Part shown: piece after piece, positions 24,001 to 35,300 of the stretch
Layout: the number at the start of each line of letters is the position of its first letter
Numbering within the stretch: position 1 is the stretch's first letter
Assembly: GCA_013265495.1 (NCBI GenBank)
Contig: MU062119.1
Span: 3,322,388-3,386,387, forward strand
DNA length: 64,000 nt
Direction of reading: 5' to 3'
Source of the DNA: Vicugna vicugna
Lineage: Eukaryota
Notes under the pieces: generated by a model
Database searches by the model: none
Seen by the model: only the letters and a program-made list of their open reading frames with translations
Told to the model about the DNA's origin: nothing
Position numbers and translations under genes: made by a program

Positions 24001-25299
24001 ACTGTAAATTCCGTCTTGTCCTCTGTGTCTCGCGGCCTTGACCAGGGTGTGCCCCTGAGGAGGCCTTTGGCGCGTTTGTGGAGTGTATGTGTGAGTGAGT
24101 GACTCCCCCAGTGAACGCAGACCCTGCCCGGCCGGCTCCCGCCTGGGAAGGAGTTTATGAAAGACAAGCAGAGGGGGGGACGCCCCTTCCAGTCCTGCTT
24201 CTGCCGCTCTCTGGCCGCCGCTTCGGGAGCCGGCCACTCACAGCTCCAGGCCCGCAGCTCCCGGGGGCCCGCGGGTCCGTGAGCCCAGCCGCTCTGCTGC
24301 ACGTGCCCGCCTGCAGCGGCGGCTGCCAGAGGGGGCTGGTCCTCACGGGGCTGTGCTGGCGTCCTCCAGATTTTCCTTTGACTCCGACGGGCCTGGGTGG
24401 TCTCCGCTGCCCTTCAGGCCTTGGGGAGGCCTCTGAAGACAATTCCTGGACCAAAGAGGGCCCCCGCTCCGGGCTTCCCTGCACGTCGGGAGCCCACCTT
24501 GACCCAGTTTTGTTTTTCAAGGGGTTTTCCCTGCTCCTTCCCTGCATCCAGCTGGATGGATACTTGGCCCTGATTTGAGGTCGGGCTGCAAATGCTGGCC
24601 TCACAGGAGGAGCAGCCTCTGCCGTCAGTGGGCCCGTCCTCTCTGCTCTGCCCTTTGAAGTCAATGGGCCTCTGTGTGCAGCTGAAAAGGCGTGGACTGT
24701 GGAAGTGAGGACGCTGGCTCCGGTGATTCTGGCCAGGATGCAGGGCAGAGGTGCCAGCAGTCTCGCTGGAAAACTGGTGGATGGCAGCCTTGAGTGCAAT
24801 TTCTCCGACGCGAGAGGTTTGGAAGAGCTTCAGATAAACCTCTGACACCCTGGACTCAGAGCCGGCTCAGCCTGAGTCTGCCCGCCGCCCACTCTGGGAG
24901 GACTTTCCAAGCCCATGGAGCATCTTAGGTGAGTTCGTCCTCAGACACGGTGGGGCTGGGAGCCTTTGATGAAGTCACACCTTCCATGCCTTCCCATTCA
25001 GAAGGGACTTGCAAGCTGCCATTAATTGGATTTGAGTTTGGATGGCTTCCTGCAGCCTCGAGGGTTGCCAAGTGAGGCCACCTGGCCTGGGGCTGGCACA
25101 AGGCCTGACTTTTGCCAGGCCAAGGGCTGGGAATGCAAATAATCCGGTGCTTTTCCTTCGCGAGGGTGAGCGTCTGGGGAGAAGGAAGGCAAGGTGCCAG
25201 GTTGCTGCAGAACCGAGCGTCTTGCAAACAGCCTTGTGTCCGGTGGGGTGGAGGGAAGCGGCTGGGAGGAAAGGCGGCTCATCCTTCAGCCAGAAGTTG

Positions 25300-25392
25300 G
25301 TGTGTGTGTCTGGGTGTGTGTCTCTAAATGTTTCACTCTCCTACACGTGTAGGCGGAGGAGACAGAGGGAGAGAGACAGAGAGAGAGAGCGG
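25300..25392. repeat. Compound (TG)n / (GA)n low-complexity tract
   Basis: TGTGTGTGTCTGGGTGTGTG...GAGACAGAGGGAGAGAGACAGAGAGAGAGAG. Confidence 0.85.
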
Positions 25393-25447
25393 GTGGACAA
25401 AGGAAACAGAGCGCAAGAGAGTATACAGCTATGAGCTGTGCTCACGT

Positions 25448-25560
25448 ATTCATTCAACAACATTTCCTGAGCAACTAATTTATGCAAGAAACCGTGCCAG
25501 GTCTACAGCAGGGAGGAGGAAAGCAGTAGTTCCTTCCTTCGGAAGTGTCGTAGAGCAGGG
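25448..25560 (-). mobile_element. L2 3' end
   Basis: ATTCATTCAACAACATTTCCTGAGCAACTAA...GTGCCAGG. Confidence 0.8.
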
Positions 25561-25720
25561 TGCTGGATAGGAGTGGGTTTCAGACACAGACGTGGGTGGG
25601 ACTCCTGAGTCAGCCGTTTACTCCCTGTGGGGCCCAAGGCAGGTGGTTTGACCTCTCTGAGCCTGTTCTTGCTCGTGGAGGTGTTCTGAGGATCCAAGGA
25701 GCTACGGTGTGTGAAGCCCT
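25561..25720 (+). mobile_element. MIR fragment
   Basis: CAAGGCAGGTGGTTTGACCTCTCTGAGCCTG. Confidence 0.65.
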
Positions 25721-26084
25721 TCGGGGGCTGGCTTGGAGTAAGCCCTGGAGACGCGGCGAAGGCAGCCTCGGCTGGGTGCCCAGCAGGGGCGGGAGCACGT
25801 GTGCCCCCTCTGTGCTGCCCCCCAGAGTTGCCCGCCCCCATGCTGCCCCCGCCGCCGTGCTGCCCCCCCGAGGCCTGGGAGCCGATGGAGACACTCCCCC
25901 CATCCCCATGCGCCCTGTTCTTACCTTCGTCACAGCCCCGCTCCCGGGACCGTTGGTGCCACGCTGGTCCCTGCGGTGACTGTGACTTCCAGTCGGCAAG
26001 GCGCTCAGTGTTCCTAGTTTAACCCTTGGCTTCAAGCAGAGAGCTGGCACGCAGTGAGCCTGCGCGCACACCCTCCCCCCGCCC

Positions 26085-26290
26085 ACCTGACTGGTTTTCG
26101 CTGTGTGACTGACTTCTTTGCCACGTTTATGGTGTGTCTCTCCCCACGGGGACGTCAGCTCCAGGAGAGCAGGGATTTTGTTGGTTCTGTCCTCTGGCTT
26201 CTCCCCGGCGCCTGGACACATCCTCGGCCCGTACATACCTGCAGGCCTGACACACAGCTGCTCGGTCAACATTCAGGTGGGTGCGTGGGT
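26085..26290 (+). mobile_element. L2a-like 3' end
   Basis: GTGTCTCTCCCCAC...GTCAGCTCCAGGAGAGCAGGGATTTTGTTGGTTCTGT...GCCTGACACACAG. Confidence 0.8.
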
Positions 26291-26429
26291 ATCTTAGCGA
26301 TCCTTTGTGAATTACCAGGCAGACTGGTTACTCGGGGCACAAGGGCACTGAGACAGAACGGTGTTCCAGCACAGGGGACAAGGTGCCCGGGAGTCAGGCC
26401 ACCCTGTGTCCCGTTCCCTGTCCCTCCAC

Positions 26430-26620
26430 TCCCCATCTGTGGGACTTCTGCAAGCCGCGTAACCTCCCTCAGCCTCAGCTCGCCTGTAAGCAGACTGGGG
26501 ACAATGACAGGGCCTCCTGTGAGATGTGAGAACTAATGGGAATGACGGACGTGAATCACTTAGCGCCTCATGTGGGCCATGCTGACAACGTCAAGCACTG
26601 TTACAACCACGCTGGACACC
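26430..26620 (+). mobile_element. MIR fragment
   Basis: AACCTCCCTCAGCCTCAG...GTGAGAACTAATGGGAATGACGGACGTGAATCACTTAGC. Confidence 0.7.
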
Positions 26621-28019
26621 GATGCCGGGCTGTCCCAGCAAGCGCGACGAGCTTCGGCAGGGACAGCGTCACCTTATCCTCCCGTCATCACCAGCATTGC
26701 ATTTTGCGTTGCTGTCTGACTCGCCCCTCACGTCAGTGACTGCTGCAGACTTCAGGCTGCAGCATATCTAGTCTGCAGCTTAGTCCACGAGCAGCATGGC
26801 TTCCATCACTCCCCTCGGCGATGGCCCTCTGTGACCCACCCCTGCCCCTCCGCCCCAGCCACCACTGGAACGCTGCGGTGGCCTGAGTTCAGATCCCGTG
26901 ATTCCAATTTCCACTGCCCAGGCATGTATTTATAGAGCCTACTATTGGCACCATGGCTCGGCTTGCTATGCCCACTGCCCTCTGATCCTGGGCAGCCTGG
27001 AGGAACCCCCACCGTCCACCTGGTCGCATCTGGGACTCATTGGTGCCGTCACGACGGTTTGTTTATGTGTAATTTCTGGCTGAGACTTGAAAGTTGAACT
27101 ACCGCTCCGTTCTCTAAACAGCCACTACTGTTGTACAAAAAGCAGGCCGTCTCCTGGCTTGGATGTCAGGCTGAAGCACCCACCCCCAGCGCACCTCGGG
27201 AGGGAATCCAAGGGGCTTGTTTACTCCCAGGTGGAAACCTGCGAAGCTCAGGGTCCCGCGGGACTGGCTGTTTCACGGCAGAGGAGCTCGGGGCCCGCAG
27301 GTTTGTTTACGGAGACGGTGCTCCCTGGTTGGGAGTAGACGTCCCGGAGGCGGGGCCCTCCAGCGGGGGCAACAGGAACCACTCAGAAGGCGAGGGTCTG
27401 CAGCCTCAGAGGCCCCCCTTCTCGCCTTCTCCCCATTCCTCCCAGGTCGGGTGAAGAGGCCAGGTGCGTTCAGAAAGAGCCTCCTTTGTTTCTCCCACAA
27501 ACGTTTGCATTCGGAGGGGACTCCCCTACTTGTGTCCCCCTGACCTCACAGCCTGTGTCCTCAGTCTCAGGACCGCAGGTTGGACGGCTGCCCATGCTGA
27601 CCCGATCAGCTATCTGAGTGGGGCTGCGGCCCCTGCCCCAGGGAGGCCCGGGGCTGCCCCGTCCCCCAGACGCTGGCCCCGCAAGGCGGCCGCCCCGTCC
27701 GTGGCCAGCTGTCCATCAGAACAGGTTGGCTGGCTTTGCGTGGGTGGGAGAACTGAGCTGTGGCCCCAGCTCGTGATTTATGTAACTGTGCCCCCAAGGG
27801 GAGTCCAGATGGGGGGCACTAGAGACGGTGGGGCTTCTGTTCCTTCCTCCTGTGGAACAGGGGTCCGTAGGACTCCGCCTGATGGTCCTCGGGGCTGAGG
27901 GGTGGCACGTTAAGGGCAAGCCTAACTGACAACGTGAGACCAGAAACCCTGTCAACGCCACCAGCCTCCCAGTGGGTGTGCGCCCCAGGCTCCGTCCAGG
28001 CGTAGCTCTGCGAGGTGGA

Positions 28020-28447
28020 ACGGGGTTCCTGGGGCCCAAAGCAAGTACCACAAACCTGTAGGCTTCAAACGACAGAAATTTAGTCCCTCACAGTCTGGAG
28101 GCCAAAAATCCAAGATCAAGGTGTCAGCGGGGTCGTGCTCCTTCCTGCCTCTCCTCTGCCCTCCGGTGTTGCCGGTCACCTTGGGTCTCCGTGGCTCGCA
28201 CAGGGACTGCTCCAGTCTCCCTCTGCCTCTGCTTCGCACACGCATCTTCCCTCTGTGTGCGTCTGGGTCCAGATGCCCTCCTTATCAGGACATCGGTCGT
28301 CGGATTAGGGCCCATCTGATCCAGCCAGACTTTGTCGTGACTTGATTAGATCTGCAAGGATCCTGTCTCCACATACAGCCACAGTCCCAGATTCTGGGGC
28401 TGGGACTTGAACGCACCCTTCCAGGGGACACAGTGCGACCCGGTACA
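28020..28447 (-). mobile_element. ERVL-MaLR solo LTR, MLT1B/C/D-like
   Basis: AAGTACCACAAAC...CAGAAATTTAGTCCCTCACAGTCTGGAGGCCAAAAATCCAAGATCAAGGTGTCAGC...GGATTAGGGCCC...GGGGACACAGTGCGACCCGGTACA. Confidence 0.9.
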
Positions 28448-29234
28448 GAGATGTGCCGGGGCCCTTTTTGCTTTGACGTCTCCCTTTTCTCATCTGCAAA
28501 GCCGGGGTAGCAGTGGGCTGACGTGGAGATTAAACTGGTCCAGAGTGCAGAGCGCTCCGAGCCGTGCTGGACACACAGCGATGGGATGTAAGGGCCCTGT
28601 TCTTACTACTCTCATCGGCCACAGGGCTCCAAAAACTACGTGGAAGGAAGAGTCAGAGTCAGGCATGTCACACACTGCAGCAGTCCCCAGTCGCCCTTGG
28701 AATAAAGGCCCCGTAGCCCCCAGGCCTCATCCTGCTCACTGGCCCGGCCACCTGAGCCTCCCTCCCATGTCACACTGGCTGCTGCCTCGGGACCTTCTCC
28801 AGCGCCGATCGGCCCACGCTCTTCCCGAGCTCTGGGGGGCCGGGCGTCCCCTCACCTCCCCGACCACCCATCTGAAGCTGGTGTCCTTGCCTGGGTGGTG
28901 CTTGGGCACAGCATCTGGCCGCGCAGCTGTCCCGCTGTCATTTTGCTTTCTTCGCTGCACTAGCGCCGCCTGTCGTTTTGTGTGGGGCATTATCTGACTG
29001 CAGCTAGAATGTAACCCCCACGAGGGCAGGAGCTGCCTGGCTCGTTCCTCTCAGTGTGCACCTGGCATCCGTGGGAGCACTGATGGGTGAGATCAGACCC
29101 TGTTAGTAACCGGAGCCCCTTCCAGTGGTGGGTGCCTTCTTGCTGGGAGCCTCCATCTGGGGGTCCACGGTGACGAGCAGAGGGCTCTGTGTGGCTCACC
29201 CAGCCTTTTGTTTTCCTGTTCTACTTATTTCTAT

Positions 29235-29830
29235 TGAAGTTCTTATTTTAAAAAAAAAATTGGGGTCCACAGAAAAATTGCCAGGTATTGCAGTAAACTC
29301 CCATGTGCCCATCACCTAGATCCAGCCACGGTCAATGTTTAGCCCTATTTGCTCTTTCAGTCCTTCACTCTCTCATGGTCAACATCATCGTGATCATTGC
29401 TTGTTTCTTTATTTTCACTGAACTCTTTGAAAGCGACTTGTGGAGGATGTGTCCCTTTTTGCCCCTGCATGCTGCAGCACTGTCCCCTTAAGAGCAAGGA
29501 CATTCTTCTACACAACCACACTGTCATGGTGCCTTAGCACATGTTCGTATTCAGGTCTCACTGTTTGTCCCAGGATTGTGCTTTATGGCAGCTTTCACCT
29601 TCCAAACCAGGCTTCAGTCTGGACATACACCTCACACTCAGCGTCATGTCTCCTTAGTCTCCGTTAGCCTGGAATGTTCCTCAGCCTTTCTTTGCCTCTC
29701 ATCTCGTTGGCATCGGAGAAGAGTGTGGACCTGCCCTTTGGTGGCTTGCCCCTCTATTGGAGTCTGTCTGATAGGATTCAACTGAGCTTGCGCATCTTTG
29801 GAAGAAAGCCAGGGTTTTAGAAATGACAGA
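29235..29830 (-). mobile_element. L1MC/MD-like 3' region
   Basis: CACAGAAAAATTGCCAGG...AACTCCCATGTGCCCATCACCTAGAT...AAGAGCAAGGACATTCTTCTACACAACCAC. Confidence 0.8.
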
Positions 29831-30560
29831 ATTTTTCATTATCAAAAAAGACTTCGGCTTTTCAAAAATTAATAAATCTGGCAGCGTTGGGCCCAAGTTC
29901 TACATGGCATGCTCTGCATAGTGTCCGCCTCGCTGCCTCCAGCCTCAGTGTGAGTGAGCCCCACCGTGTGACCCTGGATGTGCCCCTACCGACACGGGCC
30001 GCAGAGAGCAGGAACAGAGAAACTGACGACAGCACGTCTCCCAACAGCAGAGTCCGGACGGCATGATCCTTCCCTCTACATCCGGAGAGAACGGAAAACA
30101 GAGGCTCCCACTGCTGGGGCGAGGGCGCCGCGGAGAAGGACAACGCCATGAACCAGACGGCTGGCGCGATGCACGGCCTCGTGTAGCTGCGGAGGGAGCA
30201 GGCGGTCAACTGACACTTCTGAGCAGAAACTCACCCACCCAGGGCTTTGCAGCAGTGGGGACCTTCCTCAAGAACGCGGGTACTGACAGCTCCCAGTGGC
30301 GGGAGCGTCTCTGTGAAAGAGCAAGGAGGGCCGGCCTGCACGGCCGCCATGGGCCTTGGCTAGGACGGGCCACCAGCCCAACCGTGTCCTGCTGGGACCG
30401 TACCTAACCCCCTACGTCAGAGCTGTAATTTCCCGAGCTCAGGCAGGTCCGTGCTCAGTGCTGACCGCCTAGCACTGTGTTGAGAAACACAGCCCACCTC
30501 GTGTGCTGATTTGGATGTCCTCTCCCACAGTGGGCTGCATAGAGTAAGTTCTTATTAATA

Positions 30561-30682
30561 ATCTAAAAACCTCCGCAGACCAAAAGTACTTTGCCACTCT
30601 GTACTTAGCTTATTAATGATCAGGATCCCATCTCCCATCTAAAAACCTCCGCAGACCAAAAGTACTTTGCCACTCTGTACTT
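30561..30682. repeat. Perfect 46-bp direct duplication with 30-bp filler
   Basis: ATCTAAAAACCTCCGCAGACCAAAAGTACTTTGCCACTCTGTACTT at 30561-30606 and 30637-30682. Confidence 0.98.
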
Positions 30683-31519
30683 TCGAGATATATATACAGA
30701 AAACCTCCCACACATACCTTATGCAAGATTTCAAAATGGAACGTTCCTTTCTTCTCTGCGTCACTACTGCTGTAGTCTGTGATTGCCCGCCCTCAGAAGC
30801 GGGAGAAAGGACACCCCTCCCCAGAGCATCTCTGACCTAAAGCTTTAGGATGAGCGCCTAGGGACGAAGCACCTGACTGCAGGTGAATTGGCATCATGGT
30901 TAGTGCTCGGGAATCTTCCCCGGGAGGCTGGCCTCAAGGTCTAAAGGAGCTGGTCTCTTCGTAGGACCACCCACATCCCCAGGCGTCCTGGTGGCCCTGA
31001 ACCGCAGGCCTTCTCCCATGTGGAAGAAATGCTGACAGTGGAAATGGAGAGCAGAAAACCGAGAGAACCAGCCACCCGAAGTGCCCAACTTCAAACGAAG
31101 TCATGCACGTTCTTAAAAAACAAACGACACCAGAGGCATTTGGGGTGAGCTGGGCTGTTTACCTCCATGCTCACAGTGTGTTTGTTGATAAAGATCTTAC
31201 TTGGAAACTTTCTTTTGCAGAGATTAGGACAAATTTTCCAGTTGATCGTTACAGGTATTAGAAACCTGTCAGCTGACTTGGCTGGGAGGCAACACAGGAA
31301 GTGTTCCCTCGCTATCTTCAGCCGGAGCAATAACAGCGTCAGCCAGTTGCAAACAAGATCAAATAGAATAGCTGATCTGGATTATCCAGCACAATGGTCC
31401 AGTGCGCTAAGTTAACTGTGAAATCTTCTAATTCTATTCGGGCAAATAAATGAAGTTCTTATGCCCGAGTGTATCCAACAGCATGTCTTCAGCTCGCTTT
31501 AAATAGGCTTTCAGCCGAG

Positions 31520-31735
31520 TTAGGAGAGTTCAGGGTGCAGGCTCTGGGGCCAGAGGCTGGAGTTCAAATCCTGCCTCTGCCACGTCCTGCCTGGGCCAGC
31601 CTCGAGCCTTACTCAGTGTGCTCCACTGAACAGAGGGAATGACGATCACAGTACCCACATTATGAGCTGGGAGGCTGAGTGGGTTGATTTACAGAATGGC
31701 TTAGTTCAGTTCCCAGCACATGGGAAATATGTAGT
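31520..31735 (+). mobile_element. MIR SINE
   Basis: GGCTCTGGGGCCAGAGGCTGGAGTTCAAATCCTGCCTCTGCCAC. Confidence 0.85.
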
Positions 31736-31744
31736 GGGAGGAGA

Positions 31745-31843
31745 GATGGTGATGATGGCAGTGACGGTGATGGCGGCGAGTGTGTGGTGATGACGGTGAT
31801 GGTGACATTGGTGATGATATTGGTGAGGATGTGGTGGTGATGT
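31745..31843. repeat. (GAT/GGT)n degenerate triplet repeat
   Basis: GATGGTGATGATGGCAGTGACGGTGATG...GTGGTGGTGATG. Confidence 0.9.
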
Positions 31844-33559
31844 TAAGTGTGATGCCATGCAAGTGTGACACACACAGATTTGGTTAATTCTCCTGGAACC
31901 ATTGTTGTCCCTGTCTTCTGATGACAACAGAAGAGTCTTAGGGAAGTTAAACAGGAGAGGATCTGGGCCCAAGCCTCCCAGATCGGCTGGGGCCTCTCAT
32001 GGGCAGTGCTGGGGTGTGAAGATGAACAGGACGTGCTTCCTGCCTCAAGGAGCCATCCCTTCCCCGCCCCGGACAGGCAGAAGGGCACAACGTTCCAGCA
32101 CAGGCATCAGGGAACATCAGGTGTCATCTGACCCTCAGAGACACCTGTCCCCTGGTCGGAGGAGACAATGTCACATCCATATAGTTAAAGATAATTGACA
32201 CTCAGAGAGGTTATGCGGCTCATTCAAGGTCACACAGCTACATTAGAGAGGACCTCCCGACTTTGTTCTGGCTAATGCTGCCCACGGAGCCATGTCTCTT
32301 CCAACCCTGACCTGGGGCTGCTTCATCGGCCCTAGTCAGGAGGGCAGTGCCCCCTGCAAGCACAGAGCTGGGATGAACGGCTGCCGTGCTGTGCTGGCCT
32401 GCTTGCTTGGCCCTCATGACGAGCAGGGTGAGCAGTGGTGTTTGAAATGGCGCAGAGACCTCACTGCAGGCCGAGACAGTGCGAAGGCAAGAACGTGGGA
32501 TGGAAAGCCGGGCCTGAAGCCAGGGATTCTCCCACCAGGCCATGCGCTAAGCCCAAGGGTCTTGCCCCAGACCACACAGCCAGGCTGCGACGGGCCAGAC
32601 TCACGGCAGGATCATCTGACTGCTCGGCCCACGCTCTTAACCGCTCCCCACGGCCCTTCCCCAGCGAGCTTCGTTTAGCCCTGAAGGGAGCGATGGCTCG
32701 AGACATGAAGTCCAGATACTGCACATAAACCTGTTTTATGGCTGATGATCGCTAGGTGCCGGGGGTTAATGTTGGCTCTGAGATGGCCAGCTCCACATGC
32801 TTGTGTCCTAACTTAGGTCCGTCCACTAATGATTAAATACTTAATCTCCCAGCGAGAAGACAAGGTTTCAGTTACCACCTGCAGTGTCTACTTACAGCTT
32901 TTATTTAACTGAGGGCTGCTGTCCTGAACAATGGCTCTTAGCACATTTTGCTTCATAAGGCTAATTGTCATCACTTCTCTCCTGATGCTCTTTGATTAAT
33001 TTCTGTGACCCTAATAAGATCAAGTAGTTTTCTGTAACACATGTATCAGTCCATACCCCCTGCCACCCTTCTCTCCCTTCCCAGCCTCATTCTAAAAGGG
33101 GTGGGGAGACTCCTGTTAAATAAACAGGCAGTAGGTAGACATCCCCCGCCTGCAAAGGCACCATCAGCATTAGATCCATCCTTGACATCTGAGACGTTCA
33201 GATCCTGCCAGGATTACAGAATCCAGTTGTGAAACTGGTTTTGTCTCTTCACTTGAAATACAAGCTATGCCTGTTAAATCAGTGATTCACCAGAACTGTC
33301 TCTGGAAGACTTTTGGCTATTCTGAAATTTAAACCACCTCCTAAAGATAAAGATTTGCTCTCCCTAATGGTGATCAAAGATAAGTTCTACACACAAGTAT
33401 CTCTGAAGGGGCAGTAAGCAGGCAGTGCTCAGTGGCCCTTTCCAGGAGCACGCTGGGGACTGATTAAAGTGCGTGGCCAGATTCCCGCTAAAGGGCCAGT
33501 GCTTTAATAACAACAATAACACACATTTTTGAAAACTACTATTTATTGAAAATGTATTT

Positions 33560-33730
33560 TTCATATTTAGCCCATTATGACTTACACAGATCACCCACGG
33601 TTTTGATAAGAAAACAGGCTGAAAGGGTGCAGAAGTTTGCCCCGAATCAGGCAATCATTAAATGCTGGAGGCAGGATCTGAACCCAGGTGTGTCAGTCGC
33701 AGAAGTCTGGGCCATGCTTAATCTGCACTC
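33560..33730 (-). mobile_element. MIR fragment
   Basis: ATAAGAAAACAGGCTGAAAGGG...GAGGCAGGATCTGAACCCAGG. Confidence 0.7.
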
Positions 33731-33894
33731 ACATCCACACCTCGCTGGGTGCATATCCTGATGGGCGAGTCGTGTCGGTCAGGTGGTAGGGAGTGGAGAG
33801 AGCAGGAAACCTGCAACGTCCGTGTGGCCAGAGGAGTAGGGAGTGAAGCGGGGTGGAGGGCCCAGGTGAGACACTAGAGCGTCAAGCAGCGGCC

Positions 33895-34075
33895 GTGGGT
33901 TCTGCTCTCTGCTCACTGAATCTCTGTGGGGAGCCCTTAACAAATGGAGGTGATGCAGTCCCACCCCAGGATCCATTAGATCACAACATATGGGGGTGGG
34001 ACCCCCAAAATGTCAGTGTCTTTTCAAAAGCCCCCCAAAGGGGTTCTAATGTGCAGCTGGGGTTGGAATCCACGG
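33895..34075. mobile_element. MER5B/MER5A-like hAT DNA transposon
   Basis: GGGGAGCCCTTAACAAAT...CCCACCCCAG...TTCTAATGTGCAGCTGGGGTTGGAATCCAC. Confidence 0.8.
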
Positions 34076-35260
34076 GGCGCGTCGTGAAGTGCTGTGTTGG
34101 CCATGATTCTGAGGGTTCCTAATTCAGTCTGTTTTGAGATGCACTTTCTTTCGTCCCTTCATTCCCTGGGAGTTCCCTTTGCCGTGCACCCAGGCTTAAA
34201 GCAGGGGGCTGCCACACAGAGTTAAAGGCAGGGTGGAGGGCCTTGGGGCTGAGTGACACCCGACAATGTCTTCCTGGTCAACTTGAGAAACAGCATAAAC
34301 AAACCATGAAACTTTGCTTCTCTGCCTGGGGACTCTTGGTCAGCTGCCATGGAATTGTCAGCCTCTTAGGAAGTGTCTATCTGCTCTGGAGAGACCATGG
34401 GAACACAAAAGGCACACACAGCTCCAGCCCAGAGCCATCACGCACCAGAGCCAGCAGCAGAGCACAGCCCAGCTCTTGGCCACCTGGTTGACCGGCAGTC
34501 CTCCCTGGGAGCCCTGGCCCCAGCCTGAGGGCCTGGGGTCGGGGTGGGAGGTGTCCAGTTAGAGCTGCATTGATGTCCTGTATGAGTTTCCCTTGGGGGT
34601 AGCAATCTACAGACTAGGGGGAAATCCCACATTTCCAAAGCAGCTGGCTCCTAGGCTCTAATCTTGTTAGTCTTCTCCAACAAACATAATGAAGGCCAAG
34701 GAGACGCTTCCCACTGAAATGGCTGTTCCCCAGAGAGACTTAATTTCCCGAGAAAAGTCACCCCCTTGCCTCTTCCCAGGAATTCCTTTTCCCTAAAGAG
34801 GGTTTTCACAACCAGCCAAGGTGTTTGGGGGAACCTCTTTAAAAAGAGGTTCACTAAAACTTCATCGTTGGACTTCTGGGAAAGCAAAAACATCACCCAA
34901 ATATAAATCTGGTCACTAAGTATTCAAAGTAATGAAAGTAAGTAACCCCTCAAGCATTATTTCTATGCTTCCCATGTTAACCCCTGACATTCTGAACATT
35001 GACATCCAGCGCTGATTTGATTGTAGTAAGACGAGAGTGTTCACTGAATTTTAGTAGCCTAGTAAAGTTTGTACAACGTGACTGTAAATTCAGGGAAGTA
35101 TGAAGCCTTGCAAAAAATGTTTACTCTCTTTACTAATTCCATCTCTGAAATTTCAGACTAAGGAGACGTGGCGTCACAAGTTTGAACTCAGATGTACCAG
35201 GATGCCCTCTGCTAGGGCATCTAACTGCCAATACCTGGAAAACACCTGAATGATGCAGAA

Positions 35261-35300
35261 GAGGGGTTTGGGAAATTTTCTTAAAGGGCCAGGTGGTACA
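35261..35300. mobile_element. MER58 left part (split by L1 insertion)
   Basis: GAGGGGTTTGGGAAATTTTCTTAAAGGGCCAGG resembles the MER58 terminus CAGGGGTCGGCAAACTTTTTCTGTAAAGGGCCAG as recalled. Confidence 0.7.

Noticed and set aside
30561-30682. CRISPR-like geometry (46-bp repeat, 30-bp spacer)
   Set aside because: Only two repeats, mammalian repeat context, no cas genes, and the spacer is partly copied from local sequence.
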